The notes under the pieces: generated by a model
What the model was told of the DNA's origin: nothing
Databases searched by the model: none
What the model saw: the letters and a program-made list of their open reading frames with translations, nothing else
Made by a program: the position numbers and the translations under genes
Shown here: positions 10,920 to 20,133 of the stretch, piece after piece
Layout: each line of letters starts with the position of its first letter
How positions within the stretch are numbered: the first letter of the stretch is position 1
DNA from: Gemmatimonadota bacterium
GTDB lineage: Bacteria > Gemmatimonadota > Gemmatimonadetes > Gemmatimonadales > GWC2-71-9
NCBI GenBank assembly: GCA_039587315.1
Contig: JBDHIS010000001.1
Span: forward strand, 39-64,038
DNA: 64,000 bases
Reading direction: 5' to 3'

Positions 10920-11291
10920 ATGGCCAGGATCCTCTTGGTCGAGGACAACGAAATGAACCGCGACATGTTGTCGCGGCGACTCGAGCGCAAGGGATTCGAG
11001 ATCACCATGGCCGTGGATGGGCGGGAAGGGGTCGAGATGGCCAAGGCGGGCGACTACGACCTCATTCTCATGGACATGAGCCTGCCTGAGATCGACGGCT
11101 GGGAGGCAACGCGGCAGCTGCGCGCAGCGCCCGACACCGAGCGCACGCCGATCATCGCTCTCACGGCGCACGCCATGGCAGGTGATCGGGAAAGGGCGCT
11201 CGAGGCCGGTTGCGACGACTACGACACGAAGCCGATCGAGCTGGATCGTCTGCTGTCCAAGATCAACGCCCTGCTGGAGAAGAACACGTGA
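10920..11291 (+). CDS. stand-alone response regulator receiver (CheY-like)
   Basis: GGGGGAG precedes the ATG. MARILLVEDNEMNR...LILMDMSLPEIDGWE...IIALTAHAM...YDTKPI gives a complete receiver motif set with no output domain. Confidence 0.9.
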   Translation: MARILLVEDNEMNRDMLSRRLERKGFEITMAVDGREGVEMAKAGDYDLILMDMSLPEIDGWEATRQLRAAPDTERTPIIALTAHAMAGDRERALEAGCDDYDTKPIELDRLLSKINALLEKNT

Positions 11292-13210
11292 GCGCTGGTT
11301 CCGATCCCGGTGCACAGCTCTCCCGTGACGCGGTCAGCGAGCTGCGACACGAGCTGCGCACACCGGTCAATCACATAATGGGCTACGCCGAGATGTTGCT
11401 CGAGGATCTCGGCCCCGACCCGACCGAGCGCCGAACCGCACTCGAGGAGGCAGTCGGCGCCGCGCGAGACGTGCTCTCGCTGGTCAGCGTCTCGCTCCCA
11501 TCCGGCCGAACTGAGGTCGCGGAGGGTGAGGTCGCAGCACTGTACGAGTCACTGCGCGAGCCGCAGCAACGCATCTTCCAGGCGCTCACACCCCTGGTAG
11601 GGGACGGCACCGACGCGGGAGACGAGTTCGTCGCGGATCTCAAGAGGATCCTGAACGCCGCCGAGCGGTTGGTGAGCGCACCGGCGCCGACACCGGCCAA
11701 GAAGAATGAAGCGGTGGCAGCGCCGAGCGACGCCGAGGACGCCCAGGCGCGGATTCTCGTCGTGGACGACGTCGAGGACAACCGCGAAGTGCTGCGCCGG
11801 CGGCTCCAACGCGAGGGTTACACCGCCGATTGCGCAGAAGACGGTCACGCCGCACTCGAGATGATTGGCGAGAAGCCCTACGACCTGGTTCTACTCGACA
11901 TGCTGATGCCGGGCATCGACGGATACGAGGTCCTGGGACGCCTCAAGGACTCTCCGGCCACGCGGGACATTCCCGTGATCATGATCTCCGCACTCGACGA
12001 GCTCGACAAGATCGCGAGCTGCATCGAGCGGGGCGCGGAGGACTATCTCCCCAAACCCTTCGATCCAGTGTTGCTGCGGGCCCGCATCACCGCGTGTCTC
12101 GACAAGAAGCGGCTGCGCGACAAGGAGGTCGAGTACCTGAGGCAGGTGGGACGGGTGATCGAGGCCGCCACGGCTGTCGAGACCGGCGGTTACGAGTCGG
12201 AGACGCTGGCCGAGGTGGCGGGCCGGAGCGACGAGCTGGGGCGGCTCGCGCGTGTGTTCGACGGCATGGCGGCCGAGGTGCGCTCGCGCGAGGAGAGACT
12301 GCGCCGCCAGATCGAGGACCTCAAGACGGAGGTTTCGGCGGCGCGTGGCGCCAAGCGCCCCAGTGGCGCGGAGCTCGACTTCGCCAGCCTCGGCACCGGA
12401 AAGCGGTTCGCCGGCCGCTACGAGGTTCAGGAGACCGTGGGTGCCGGCGCGATGGGGATGGTCTATCGCACCAAGGATCTCGAGCTGGACGAGGAGGTCG
12501 CCATCAAGACAGTGAAGCCCGAGCTCGTGGTGGACGATACCGCGGTCGAGCGGTTCAAGGACGAGATCCGGCTGGCCCGCAAGATCTCGCATCGGAACGT
12601 CGTCCGCACGCACGACTTCGGCGAGTGGCAGGGCGTCTACTACCTCACGATGGAGTACGTCGAGGGCGTCACGGTGCGGGACCTGCTCGACACCCGCGAG
12701 CAGCTCGGCGTGTCGCCCACGATGGCCATCGCGACGCAGCTGGCCGCGGCCCTGGCCGTGGCGCACGAACAGGGAGTCATCCACCGCGACATCAAGCCAC
12801 AGAACCTCCTGCTGGACTCCGACGGCGTGCTCAAGGTGATGGACTTCGGCGTCGCGCGGCTGGCAGAGCGAACCAGCAGCATCACTGAGACCGGACTGGT
12901 CGTCGGGACGCCCGCGTACATGTCTCCGGAACAGCTGCTGACCGACGCCGATCTCGACCCGCGCAGCGACCTGTGGGCGGTCGGCGTGGTGCTCTACGAG
13001 TGTCTCACCGGCAAGCTGCCGTTCACGGCCGCCACACCGGTCGCGCTGATCGCCAAGGTGCTGAACGAGGAGCCTCCCACACCCGCCGAACTCAACCCGG
13101 AGGTGCCCGAGACGCTCTCGGCCCTGGTGCTCGAGCTCCTGGCCAAGCGCCGCGAGGACCGTCCAGGATCGGCGCGGGAACTCGAGGAGCGGCTCGGCCG
13201 GCTCGCGTAG
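11288..13210 (+). CDS. multidomain signalling protein: ATPase-less H-box (HisKA-like) domain, receiver, HAMP-like/coiled-coil linker, Hanks-type Ser/Thr protein kinase
   Basis: GTG 11288 overlaps the receiver's TGA (GTGA). H-box SELRHELRTPVNHIMGYAEML has its His codon at 11348-11350, and no N/G1/G2 ATP-lid boxes follow. Receiver: RILVVDDVEDN...LVLLDMLMPGIDG (Asp codon 11897-11899)...IMISA...YLPKP. Linker: DELGRLARVFDGMAAEV. Kinase: GAGAMGMVY, VAIKTV, HRDIKPQN (12782-), DFG (12842-), GTPAYMSPE. Confidence 0.85.
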   Translation: MSAGSDPGAQLSRDAVSELRHELRTPVNHIMGYAEMLLEDLGPDPTERRTALEEAVGAARDVLSLVSVSLPSGRTEVAEGEVAALYESLREPQQRIFQALTPLVGDGTDAGDEFVADLKRILNAAERLVSAPAPTPAKKNEAVAAPSDAEDAQARILVVDDVEDNREVLRRRLQREGYTADCAEDGHAALEMIGEKPYDLVLLDMLMPGIDGYEVLGRLKDSPATRDIPVIMISALDELDKIASCIERGAEDYLPKPFDPVLLRARITACLDKKRLRDKEVEYLRQVGRVIEAATAVETGGYESETLAEVAGRSDELGRLARVFDGMAAEVRSREERLRRQIEDLKTEVSAARGAKRPSGAELDFASLGTGKRFAGRYEVQETVGAGAMGMVYRTKDLELDEEVAIKTVKPELVVDDTAVERFKDEIRLARKISHRNVVRTHDFGEWQGVYYLTMEYVEGVTVRDLLDTREQLGVSPTMAIATQLAAALAVAHEQGVIHRDIKPQNLLLDSDGVLKVMDFGVARLAERTSSITETGLVVGTPAYMSPEQLLTDADLDPRSDLWAVGVVLYECLTGKLPFTAATPVALIAKVLNEEPPTPAELNPEVPETLSALVLELLAKRREDRPGSARELEERLGRLA

Positions 13211-13234
13211 ACGGCGCCGATTCCGAATCGAAAA

Positions 13235-13265
13235 GGCCCCGGCCACCACTTGGGTGGCCGGGGCC
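13235..13265. terminator. bidirectional terminator hairpin between convergent genes
   Basis: GGCCCCGGCCACC-ACTTG-GGTGGCCGGGGCC is a perfect 13-bp stem. AAAA lies on its 5' side, which reads as a T-tract for the minus-strand gene. Confidence 0.6.
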
Positions 13266-13286
13266 GATGCGATCGCGGGTGTCTTC

Positions 13287-13949
13287 CTACTGCAGGATCG
13301 CTACCGGATACGTGAAGCCGGCCGAGAACATCCAGCTGCGGCCCTTGACGGTTTCCCCCGGAGAGTCCACCGCCACGTTGGTTAGACCCAGGTCGTACAG
13401 AACGTCCAGGAAGACGGTCGCGGGCCCCGCGTTGATCCCGAGCCCGCCACCGAACATCAGACTCCACAGGGTCTTCTTGCGATCGGCGTCTATTAGCGGG
13501 TCGTCGCAGTCGAACGAAGCCTCGACTCCACCCTGGGTCCCTGAAACGGTGCACCCGGCCTCGAAGGCGACAGCGGGACCTCCCATGATCCGGATCGCCA
13601 CCGAGGAGCCCACCGGTAACTTGCCCTTGGCCATGAGCGGCACCTGTATGTACGCCGCGTTGAAATTGGCATCGACGCCCGGCTCGATGGAATTGAACCC
13701 CTGCTGCGTGTACAGACCGTCGATCTCGATCCCGAAGAACTCGTGCAGATCCAGAGCCACCACCAAGCCGGCGTGGAACCCTGTCTTCGAGTTGATCTCC
13801 TCGGGCGGCGGCGGGTTCCAGCTCACCGTGGACAGGTTGAGGCCGCCCCTCAGCCCGAGGCCGATCGACTTCGACTGCGCCTCGGCGGAGTTGGCGAAAA
13901 GCGCCCCCACAGCCACCATGGCGAGCGCGGCGAGTACTTGCTTCCTCAT
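13287..13949 (-). CDS. outer-membrane beta-barrel protein (OmpA-like barrel/porin family)
   Basis: ATG 13949 gives signal peptide MRKQVLAALAMVAVGALFANSAEAQ. Alternating hydrophobic strands follow, and the C-terminus is aromatic (FSAGFTYPVAILQ). Confidence 0.7.
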   Translation of the reverse strand: MRKQVLAALAMVAVGALFANSAEAQSKSIGLGLRGGLNLSTVSWNPPPPEEINSKTGFHAGLVVALDLHEFFGIEIDGLYTQQGFNSIEPGVDANFNAAYIQVPLMAKGKLPVGSSVAIRIMGGPAVAFEAGCTVSGTQGGVEASFDCDDPLIDADRKKTLWSLMFGGGLGINAGPATVFLDVLYDLGLTNVAVDSPGETVKGRSWMFSAGFTYPVAILQ

Positions 13950-13987
13950 GGTCCCCCCCTTCCCTGCGTAATGCTGCTCTTTCGTGC

Positions 13988-14437
13988 CTATTGCCGCGCC
14001 TCGGGGCGCACCTGCCACAGCACGTTGACGATCTTCCACTCGCCGTTCCATAGCGCGAGGTGCATGTAGTCGATCCAGTCGCTCGCGTCCACACGCGCTG
14101 AGGCGGTCCCCTCGTAGATGTCGAGGATCGTCACATCGGTGCGCACCTGGTCCCGCGGAGTGCGCGTTCCATACCCCGCAGCCGTTGCCTGAACCAGCTG
14201 CTCCGCGGTCATGTCTCGCATCCCCGTGTCGCCGGTCTCCGGATTGACGCCCACGATGCGCTTGGCCAGCTCAGGATGAAGCGCCCGCTCCATGCGCGCG
14301 GCGTCGCCGGCATACCACCCCTCGATGTAGTCCAGGGCCGCCTGCCGGACGCCGGCCGAATCGGCAGCCGTTTGGGCTTCGCCGGCCGCGGAAAGCCCAA
14401 TCGCTGCCGCCGCGACCAGAATCATTATCCTCTTCAC
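13988..14437 (-). CDS. secreted NTF2-like (SnoaL/lumazine-binding-like) protein
   Basis: Signal peptide MKRIMILVAAAAIGLSAAGEAQ. AALDYIEGWYAGDAARMERALHPEL...WKIVNVLW is the pattern of NTF2-fold putative lumazine-binding family proteins. Confidence 0.6.
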   Translation of the reverse strand: MKRIMILVAAAAIGLSAAGEAQTAADSAGVRQAALDYIEGWYAGDAARMERALHPELAKRIVGVNPETGDTGMRDMTAEQLVQATAAGYGTRTPRDQVRTDVTILDIYEGTASARVDASDWIDYMHLALWNGEWKIVNVLWQVRPEARQ

Positions 14438-14584
14438 AGCTCACCCCCAGTCGGTCGGTTCCCAAATCCAGCTCCCGCACGCCGGGCGGGCGGGATCGGA
14501 GTCCACTAGCTATACAATCGAGACCAGATAGGCGTTGCACCCGGGTTGTCGCCCGCGCCGACCCCGCTCCGGCGGACCCCTTTC

Positions 14585-14845
14585 CTACCCGGCGAGGACC
14601 TTGAAGACCTGGTCGTGTGGGCGGGCGCGGTCCACCACCTGGATCGCAATCTCGTCCCCGACGCCGGCCCGCTCGACCTTCTTGTGGTCCACCTCCATCG
14701 AGGTCACGCGCTCGGTGAAGTCTGTGGTGTGGCCGACGAAGTGGATCTCGTCGCCCACCGCGACTTCTCCTTCGGTCACCTTGACCACCGCTACGCTGGG
14801 CCCCTTGAAGAAGTGCGTCACCGACCCAATGAGATCTTCAGCCAT
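14585..14845 (-). CDS. small translation-elongation-factor-like (EF-Tu domain 2-like beta-barrel) protein
   Basis: 86 aa: VAVVKVTEGEVAVGDEIHFVGHTTDFTERVTSMEVDHKKVERAGVGDEIAIQV resembles the EF-Tu domain II barrel. Confidence 0.55.
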   Translation of the reverse strand: MAEDLIGSVTHFFKGPSVAVVKVTEGEVAVGDEIHFVGHTTDFTERVTSMEVDHKKVERAGVGDEIAIQVVDRARPHDQVFKVLAG

Positions 14846-15027
14846 AATCGCCCCCCCTTTGGCACCGTGGCGCGCCGGTAACAGCTGCGCCCGCGTCCGG
14901 GAATATCACAGCCGCAGCACGCGACCCGCCAGGGTACCGGCGAGCAGCGGGGTGCAATTGCCCAGCCGATGGGGCATCTTTGTGCCATGACCCACTCCAG
15001 CGGAGCCAGACCGGGACGGGTGACGTA

Positions 15028-15411
15028 ATGACGACCGTGTTCTACCACCGCACTATGATCGCCGAGGCGCGCTCCATAGTGACCAAGGGATTCGAGGACG
15101 AGAACTGGGACTTCGGTCTCCGGGACGCTCAAACCGGAGAGGATGCCCTGGTCACCGGGGTGTGGCTCGCCGACAAGCCGCTCGGGCCCGACGAGAACAT
15201 CCCCGGCGACGCCGTGGTGGAGGTGACGACAGACCTCACCGAGGAGGAGCTCGCGCCGTTCGAGCTCGCCGGGATGCTCTGGGAAACCCGTCTCTGGGTG
15301 GCCCCGGCCGGGCTAATCAACCCTCGCTCCGAAAGGCGCATTCTCGAGGTAGACCCCCGCACGTCGTGGTTCCACGAAGCGATCGACGAAGAGGAAGAAC
15401 CGGGAGGCTGA
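15028..15411 (+). CDS. hypothetical protein
   Basis: ATG 15028 (MTTVFYHRTMIAEARSIVTKGF...). G/C is strongly enriched at third codon positions, the C-terminus is acidic, and I recognise no family. Confidence 0.5.
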   Translation: MTTVFYHRTMIAEARSIVTKGFEDENWDFGLRDAQTGEDALVTGVWLADKPLGPDENIPGDAVVEVTTDLTEEELAPFELAGMLWETRLWVAPAGLINPRSERRILEVDPRTSWFHEAIDEEEEPGG

Positions 15412-15415
15412 GGAG

Positions 15416-15697
15416 GTGACCATCGACATCCGGCACGACGAGGCGGGCAGTCGGTTCGTGGCCACCGTGGACGGCCATGAGGCCTACGTGGCGTACCGCG
15501 CCGTTGACGACAAGACCCTCGAGTACCGCCGCACCTTCGTACCCACCGAACTGCGCGGCCAGGGGTTGGCCGGGAAGCTGGTGGCCCACGCCCTGGGCTA
15601 TGCGCGCGAGCACGGATACGGCGTGATTCCCACTTGCTCGTACGTCCGGTCATATGTGGACCGAAACCCCGAATTCCAGGATCTCACGGCCGTCTGA
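15416..15697 (+). CDS. small GNAT-family N-acetyltransferase (YjdJ-like)
   Basis: 93 aa. The pattern ...FVATVDGHEAYVAYR...TFVPTELRGQGLAGKLVAHALGYAREHGYGVIPTCSYV matches short GNAT-like acetyltransferases. Confidence 0.65.
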   Translation: MTIDIRHDEAGSRFVATVDGHEAYVAYRAVDDKTLEYRRTFVPTELRGQGLAGKLVAHALGYAREHGYGVIPTCSYVRSYVDRNPEFQDLTAV

Positions 15698-15753
15698 GGC
15701 TGCCCCACCCATCTTGGCTTGCGGCGCACAACTAGCTAGTTTGCGGGGCTCTT

Positions 15754-16707
15754 ATGGCTGATATCTCGCTTTCGAGCAGCAAGATCCTCCTCATCTCAGG
15801 GACTGCGAACCAGCCCCTGTCCGAGGAGCTGGCGCAGGAGCTGGGACAGCCTCTGTGCGGGGTCACCATCCGCCGGTTCGCGGATGGTGAGATTTTCGTC
15901 AAGATCGACGAGAATGTGCGCGGGCAGGATGTGTTCATCATCCAGCCCACGAACCCGCCGGCAGAGAACCTGCTGGAGCTGTTGATCCTGATCGACGCTG
16001 CGAAGCGGGCGAGCGCGGCGCGGGTCACTGCCGTGATTCCGTACTTCGGGTACGGACGGCAGGACCGCAAGGACCAGCCGCGGGTGGCGATCAGCGCCAA
16101 GCTGATGGCCAACCTCATCGCGACGGCCGGGGCAGACCGGGTGCTCGGATTGGACTTCCACCAGCACCAGTTGCAGGGGTTCTTCGACATCCCGGTCGAC
16201 CACCTGTATGCGGCACCGGTGTTGGTGCAGCACTACAGGCAGAAGCGGCTCCACGACCCGGTGATCGTGGCCCCGGACGTCGGGGCGGCCAAGATGGCCC
16301 GCGGGTTCGCCAAGCGGTTGGACGCTTCGCTGGCGATCATCGACAAGCGGCGGCCGTCGGCGAACATCGCGGAGGTCGTCAACGTGGTCGGCGAGGTCGA
16401 GGGGAGCGACTGTCTCCTGGTGGACGACATGATCGACACCGCCGGGACGATGTCCGAGGGGGTCGGGGCCCTGAAGCGCCTGGGCGCGCGCGAGGTGTAC
16501 TGCTGCGCGTCGCACGCCCTGCTGTCGGGGCCGGCGGTGGACCGGCTGGCCGCGTCTGAAGTGACAGAGGTAGCAGTGACCAATACGATTGCGATACCGG
16601 ACGACCGGAAGTTCGATCGGTTGAAGATTCTGTCGACCGCCCCGCTATTCGCGAAGGCGATTCGATTCACGCACAGCGACCAATCGGTCAGCTCGCTGTT
16701 CAGCTGA
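15754..16707 (+). CDS. prs: ribose-phosphate pyrophosphokinase
   Basis: RFADGEIFVKIDENVRGQDVFIIQPT, PYFGYGRQDRK and the PRPP-binding loop CLLVDDMIDTAGT. Confidence 0.95.
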   Translation: MADISLSSSKILLISGTANQPLSEELAQELGQPLCGVTIRRFADGEIFVKIDENVRGQDVFIIQPTNPPAENLLELLILIDAAKRASAARVTAVIPYFGYGRQDRKDQPRVAISAKLMANLIATAGADRVLGLDFHQHQLQGFFDIPVDHLYAAPVLVQHYRQKRLHDPVIVAPDVGAAKMARGFAKRLDASLAIIDKRRPSANIAEVVNVVGEVEGSDCLLVDDMIDTAGTMSEGVGALKRLGAREVYCCASHALLSGPAVDRLAASEVTEVAVTNTIAIPDDRKFDRLKILSTAPLFAKAIRFTHSDQSVSSLFS

Positions 16708-16738
16708 CCGCGCTGCTGGAGAGGGAACAGAGGACACG

Positions 16739-17422
16739 ATGGCTGAGACGGCTACACTGACCGCCGAGCGCCGCCAGGAGACCGGCAAGGGCGCCGCGCG
16801 CAAAATGCGACAGGCCGGCAAGATCCCGGCGGTCATCTACGGACGCGGGCGCGATCCCGAGGCCCTGATGGTCCCGTCGGTCGAGGCGGAGAAGCTCATT
16901 CAACAGGCCGGCGGAGGCTCAACCCTCGTCGAGCTCTCGGTGGACGGGAAGCCGATCCGCACACTGATTCGCGAGGTTCAGCGGCACCCGACCCGGAAGA
17001 ACGTGACCCACCTGGACTTCATGGAGGTCCACGCCGGCGAGAAGCTCAAGCTCGCCGTGCCGCTCCTGCTGGTCGGCTCGCCCGACGGCGTGCGCAACGC
17101 CGGCGGCGTGCTGGAGCAGTTCCTCCGCGAGATCGACATCGAGGTGCTGCCGCGGAACATCCCCGAGCGGATCGAATTGGACGTCACCGATCTCAAGGTC
17201 GGCCACTCGCTCCACGTCTCCGACCTCTCGGTCGAGAACGCGGAGCTGCTGGTGGAAGCGGACACTACGGTGTGCGCAGTCGTGCCGCCGCGCGTCGAGG
17301 AGGAGCCGGTGGTGGAGGTTGCGGAGGAGGAGGGGGTCGAGGAGCCCGAGCTCATCCGGAAGGCGAAGGACGAGGAGGGCGAGGCCGAAGCCGAGTCCGA
17401 GGGCGAGAAGCCCGAGGAGTAG
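16739..17422 (+). CDS. rplY: 50S ribosomal protein L25/general stress protein Ctc
   Basis: GKGAARKMRQAGKIPAVIYG...IREVQRHPTRKNVTHLDF, with the long acidic C-terminal tail typical of the Ctc form. Confidence 0.9.
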   Translation: MAETATLTAERRQETGKGAARKMRQAGKIPAVIYGRGRDPEALMVPSVEAEKLIQQAGGGSTLVELSVDGKPIRTLIREVQRHPTRKNVTHLDFMEVHAGEKLKLAVPLLLVGSPDGVRNAGGVLEQFLREIDIEVLPRNIPERIELDVTDLKVGHSLHVSDLSVENAELLVEADTTVCAVVPPRVEEEPVVEVAEEEGVEEPELIRKAKDEEGEAEAESEGEKPEE

Positions 17423-17425
17423 CTT

Positions 17426-18007
17426 CTGCGCGCCATCGTCGCGCTCGGCAACCCCGGGCCGCGGTACGCGGTCACGCGGCACAATGCAGGTTTCCTGTTG
17501 GCCGACGTGCTGACCGAGCAGTGGGAGCTCCCCAGGTTCCGCCGCTCGGGCAACGCCCTCGTCACCGAGGGCAGCGTCAGCGGCGAGCGGTTCGTACTGC
17601 TGAAGCCGCAGACCTACATGAACCTGAGCGGCGATGCGGTGGCCCCTTTGCTGGCATCGTCCGATCTCGATCCCACCCGCGATCTGTTGGTGCTGGTCGA
17701 CGACATCGCCCTGCCGCTGGACACGTTTCGGCTGAGGGCGCAGGGATCGTCCGGCGGCCACAACGGCCTCGAGAGCGTGGAGGCAGCCCTGGGTTCGACC
17801 GAGTACGCGCGGCTCAGGATCGGCGTAGGGCCGCTACCCGACGACGAGGAGGACCAGGCCGAGTTCGTGACTTCGAACTTCGAGCCCGATGAGTTGACGA
17901 CACTGGCGGATCTGTTGCCCGACCTGGTTGCCGCAGTGGAGTGCTGGCTGACCGAGGACATCAAGACCGCGATGAACCGATTCAACCGACGAGGAACTCA
18001 AGAGTGA
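17426..18007 (+). CDS. pth: peptidyl-tRNA hydrolase (start codon non-canonical or unresolved)
   Basis: The conserved N-terminus [25 protein letters not shown], which includes the catalytic-His motif TRHNAG, is encoded at 17426-17497. That is upstream of the first ATG/GTG/TTG (TTG 17498). CTG 17426 and ATC 17435 are the only candidate starts after the in-frame TAG at 17420-17422. Confidence 0.8.
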   Translation: MRAIVALGNPGPRYAVTRHNAGFLLADVLTEQWELPRFRRSGNALVTEGSVSGERFVLLKPQTYMNLSGDAVAPLLASSDLDPTRDLLVLVDDIALPLDTFRLRAQGSSGGHNGLESVEAALGSTEYARLRIGVGPLPDDEEDQAEFVTSNFEPDELTTLADLLPDLVAAVECWLTEDIKTAMNRFNRRGTQE

Positions 18008-20061
18008 ACGACTTCGCGTATTTGCCCACTTCCGCCATCGCGGCCGGCGCCGTGGGGCTCGTCATTGCCTGGCTCATCTTCCTCTATGTCCGGCGGCAGC
18101 CAGTGGGCAGCGACCGGATGCGGGAGATCCAGGAGATGATCCAGGCCGGATCGATGGCCTTCCTGAAGCGGGAATACTCCTACCTGTTACCGTTTCTGGT
18201 CGTCGTCGCGGTCCTCCTGGGTGTCGTCATCGGATGGCCGACGGCGATCGCGTATCTGTTCGGCGGAGTCTGCTCCATCCTCGCCGGCTTCTTCGGAATG
18301 CAGTCCGCCACCCGCGCCAACGCGCGCACGAGCGAGGCCGCCCGCGCCAAGGGGCAGGAGATGGCGCTGCGCGTGGCCTTCAACGGTGGCGCTGTCATGG
18401 GCCTCGCGGTGGCGAGCCTTGGACTGCTGGGCATCGGGATCGTGATCCGAGCCTTCCTCGGTTCCCCGGAAGCGGACGAGGGCTGGAAGGCGTTCAGCGA
18501 GATCATCACCGGGTTCGCGATGGGCGCATCCTCCATCGCGCTGTTCGCCCGCGTGGGCGGCGGCATCTATACCAAGGCGGCCGACGTCGGCGCCGACCTG
18601 GTCGGCAAGGTGGAGGCAGGCATCCCCGAGGACGACCCGCGCAACCCGGCGACCATCGCCGACAACGTTGGTGACAACGTGGGCGACGTGGCAGGAATGG
18701 GCGCCGACATCTTCGAGAGCTATGTGGGGGCGATCATCGCCACCATCGCGATCGCGGCAACCAGCCCGGCCATCGCAGACCGGATGGCGGCCGCGGCCCT
18801 CCCACTCCTCTACACGCTCGCCGGCCTGGGAGCCAGCCTGATCGCGATCGCGCTGTTTCGCGTGCTGGAGCGCTTCAGCCCGGCCGGAGCACTGCGCTGG
18901 GCCACGTTCATCGCCGCCGGCCTGTTCCTGGGCGCCGCGTACCTCATCACGCAGCGGGTGGACATCGGCGTGACCGTGGCAAACGGCAACCCGAGCCCAA
19001 TGGGACCGTTCTGGGCAGTCGTGGTCGGCACGCTGGCCGGCATCATCATTGGACTCGCCACGGAGTGGTACACGGCGGCCAAGCCCATTCGCACTATCGC
19101 CGAGGCCTCGCTCACCGGCCCGGCCACCAACATCATCGCCGGCCTGGCAGTGGGAATGCGCTCCGTTGCGATCCCGCTGCTCGTGATCTGCGGTGCGATC
19201 TACATCGCGTACACGATGTCCGACCTTTACGGCATCGGCATCGCCGCAGTCGGGATGCTCGCAACGGTGGGCGTAACGATGTCGGTGGACGCGTACGGCC
19301 CCATCGCCGACAACGCGGGCGGCATCAGCGAGATGAGCGGACTGGGACCAGACGTCCGCAAGATCACCGATGGGCTGGACGCCCTCGGCAACACCACGGC
19401 AGCCATCGGCAAGGGCTTCGCCATCGGTTCGGCGGCACTCACCGCATTGGCGCTGTTCACGGCCTATGCCAACGCAGTGACGCCAGCCGGCGAGCCGCCG
19501 ATCATGCTCAACATCTCCAACCCCGAAGTCGTGATCGGCATCTTCCTGGGCGGCATCCTGCCGTTCCTGGTGGCCGCGATGACGATGACCGCCGTAGGAC
19601 GAGCTGCGGAGGGGATGGTGCAGGAGGTGCGGCGCCAGTTCCGCGAGATCACCGGCCTCATGGAGGGCACAGCCAAGCCCGACAGCGCGCGCTGCGTTGA
19701 CATCTCGACCCGGGCGGCACTCAGGGAGATGATCGTGCCGGGTCTCACCGCCGTGATTGCCCCGGTGCTGGTCGGAAAGCTGCTCGGCATCGAGACGCTG
19801 GGAGGGATGTTGGCGGGCGCCACAGTGACCGGCGTGATGCTCGCGCTGTTCATGGCCAACGCGGGCGGCGCGTGGGACAACGCCAAGAAGTACATCGAGA
19901 GCGGCGCGCACGGAGGCAAGGGCTCCGACCCGCACAAGGCCGCCGTCGTTGGCGACACTGTGGGCGATCCGTTCAAGGACACGAGCGGCCCCAGCATGAA
20001 CATCCTCATCAAGCTGATGAGTGTGGTGAGCCTGGTGCTGGCACCCTGGTTCATCGCCTAG
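18004..20061 (+). CDS. hppA: membrane-bound proton/sodium-translocating pyrophosphatase
   Basis: GTG 18004 overlaps the pth TGA. Motifs [40 protein letters not shown] and [11 protein letters not shown], with many TM helices. Confidence 0.95.
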   Translation: MNDFAYLPTSAIAAGAVGLVIAWLIFLYVRRQPVGSDRMREIQEMIQAGSMAFLKREYSYLLPFLVVVAVLLGVVIGWPTAIAYLFGGVCSILAGFFGMQSATRANARTSEAARAKGQEMALRVAFNGGAVMGLAVASLGLLGIGIVIRAFLGSPEADEGWKAFSEIITGFAMGASSIALFARVGGGIYTKAADVGADLVGKVEAGIPEDDPRNPATIADNVGDNVGDVAGMGADIFESYVGAIIATIAIAATSPAIADRMAAAALPLLYTLAGLGASLIAIALFRVLERFSPAGALRWATFIAAGLFLGAAYLITQRVDIGVTVANGNPSPMGPFWAVVVGTLAGIIIGLATEWYTAAKPIRTIAEASLTGPATNIIAGLAVGMRSVAIPLLVICGAIYIAYTMSDLYGIGIAAVGMLATVGVTMSVDAYGPIADNAGGISEMSGLGPDVRKITDGLDALGNTTAAIGKGFAIGSAALTALALFTAYANAVTPAGEPPIMLNISNPEVVIGIFLGGILPFLVAAMTMTAVGRAAEGMVQEVRRQFREITGLMEGTAKPDSARCVDISTRAALREMIVPGLTAVIAPVLVGKLLGIETLGGMLAGATVTGVMLALFMANAGGAWDNAKKYIESGAHGGKGSDPHKAAVVGDTVGDPFKDTSGPSMNILIKLMSVVSLVLAPWFIA

Positions 20062-20084
20062 ATAGCTGACGGGATTGGCGGTTG

Positions 20085-20118
20085 GACGGGCAGGGGCGCT
20101 GCGGCGCTCCTGCCCGTC
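20085..20118 (+). terminator. GC-rich hairpin downstream of hppA (possible terminator)
   Basis: GACGGGCAGGGGCGC-TGCG-GCGCTCCTGCCCGTC is a 15-bp stem with one G.U pair. No clear U-tract follows. Confidence 0.45.
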
Positions 20119-20133
20119 TGCTAACATTGAGGC

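Noticed and set aside
15028-15411. The N-terminal VFYHRT...GF, later GVWLADKP and AVVEV of the hypothetical protein looked like an H-Y-E ADP-ribosyltransferase motif set. Together with the adjacent small GNAT gene, this could suggest a toxin-like pair.
   Set aside because: The protein is only 127 aa, the motif spacing does not fit known ART folds, and the GNAT is of the YjdJ type rather than a toxin type. The resemblance is too weak without a profile search.
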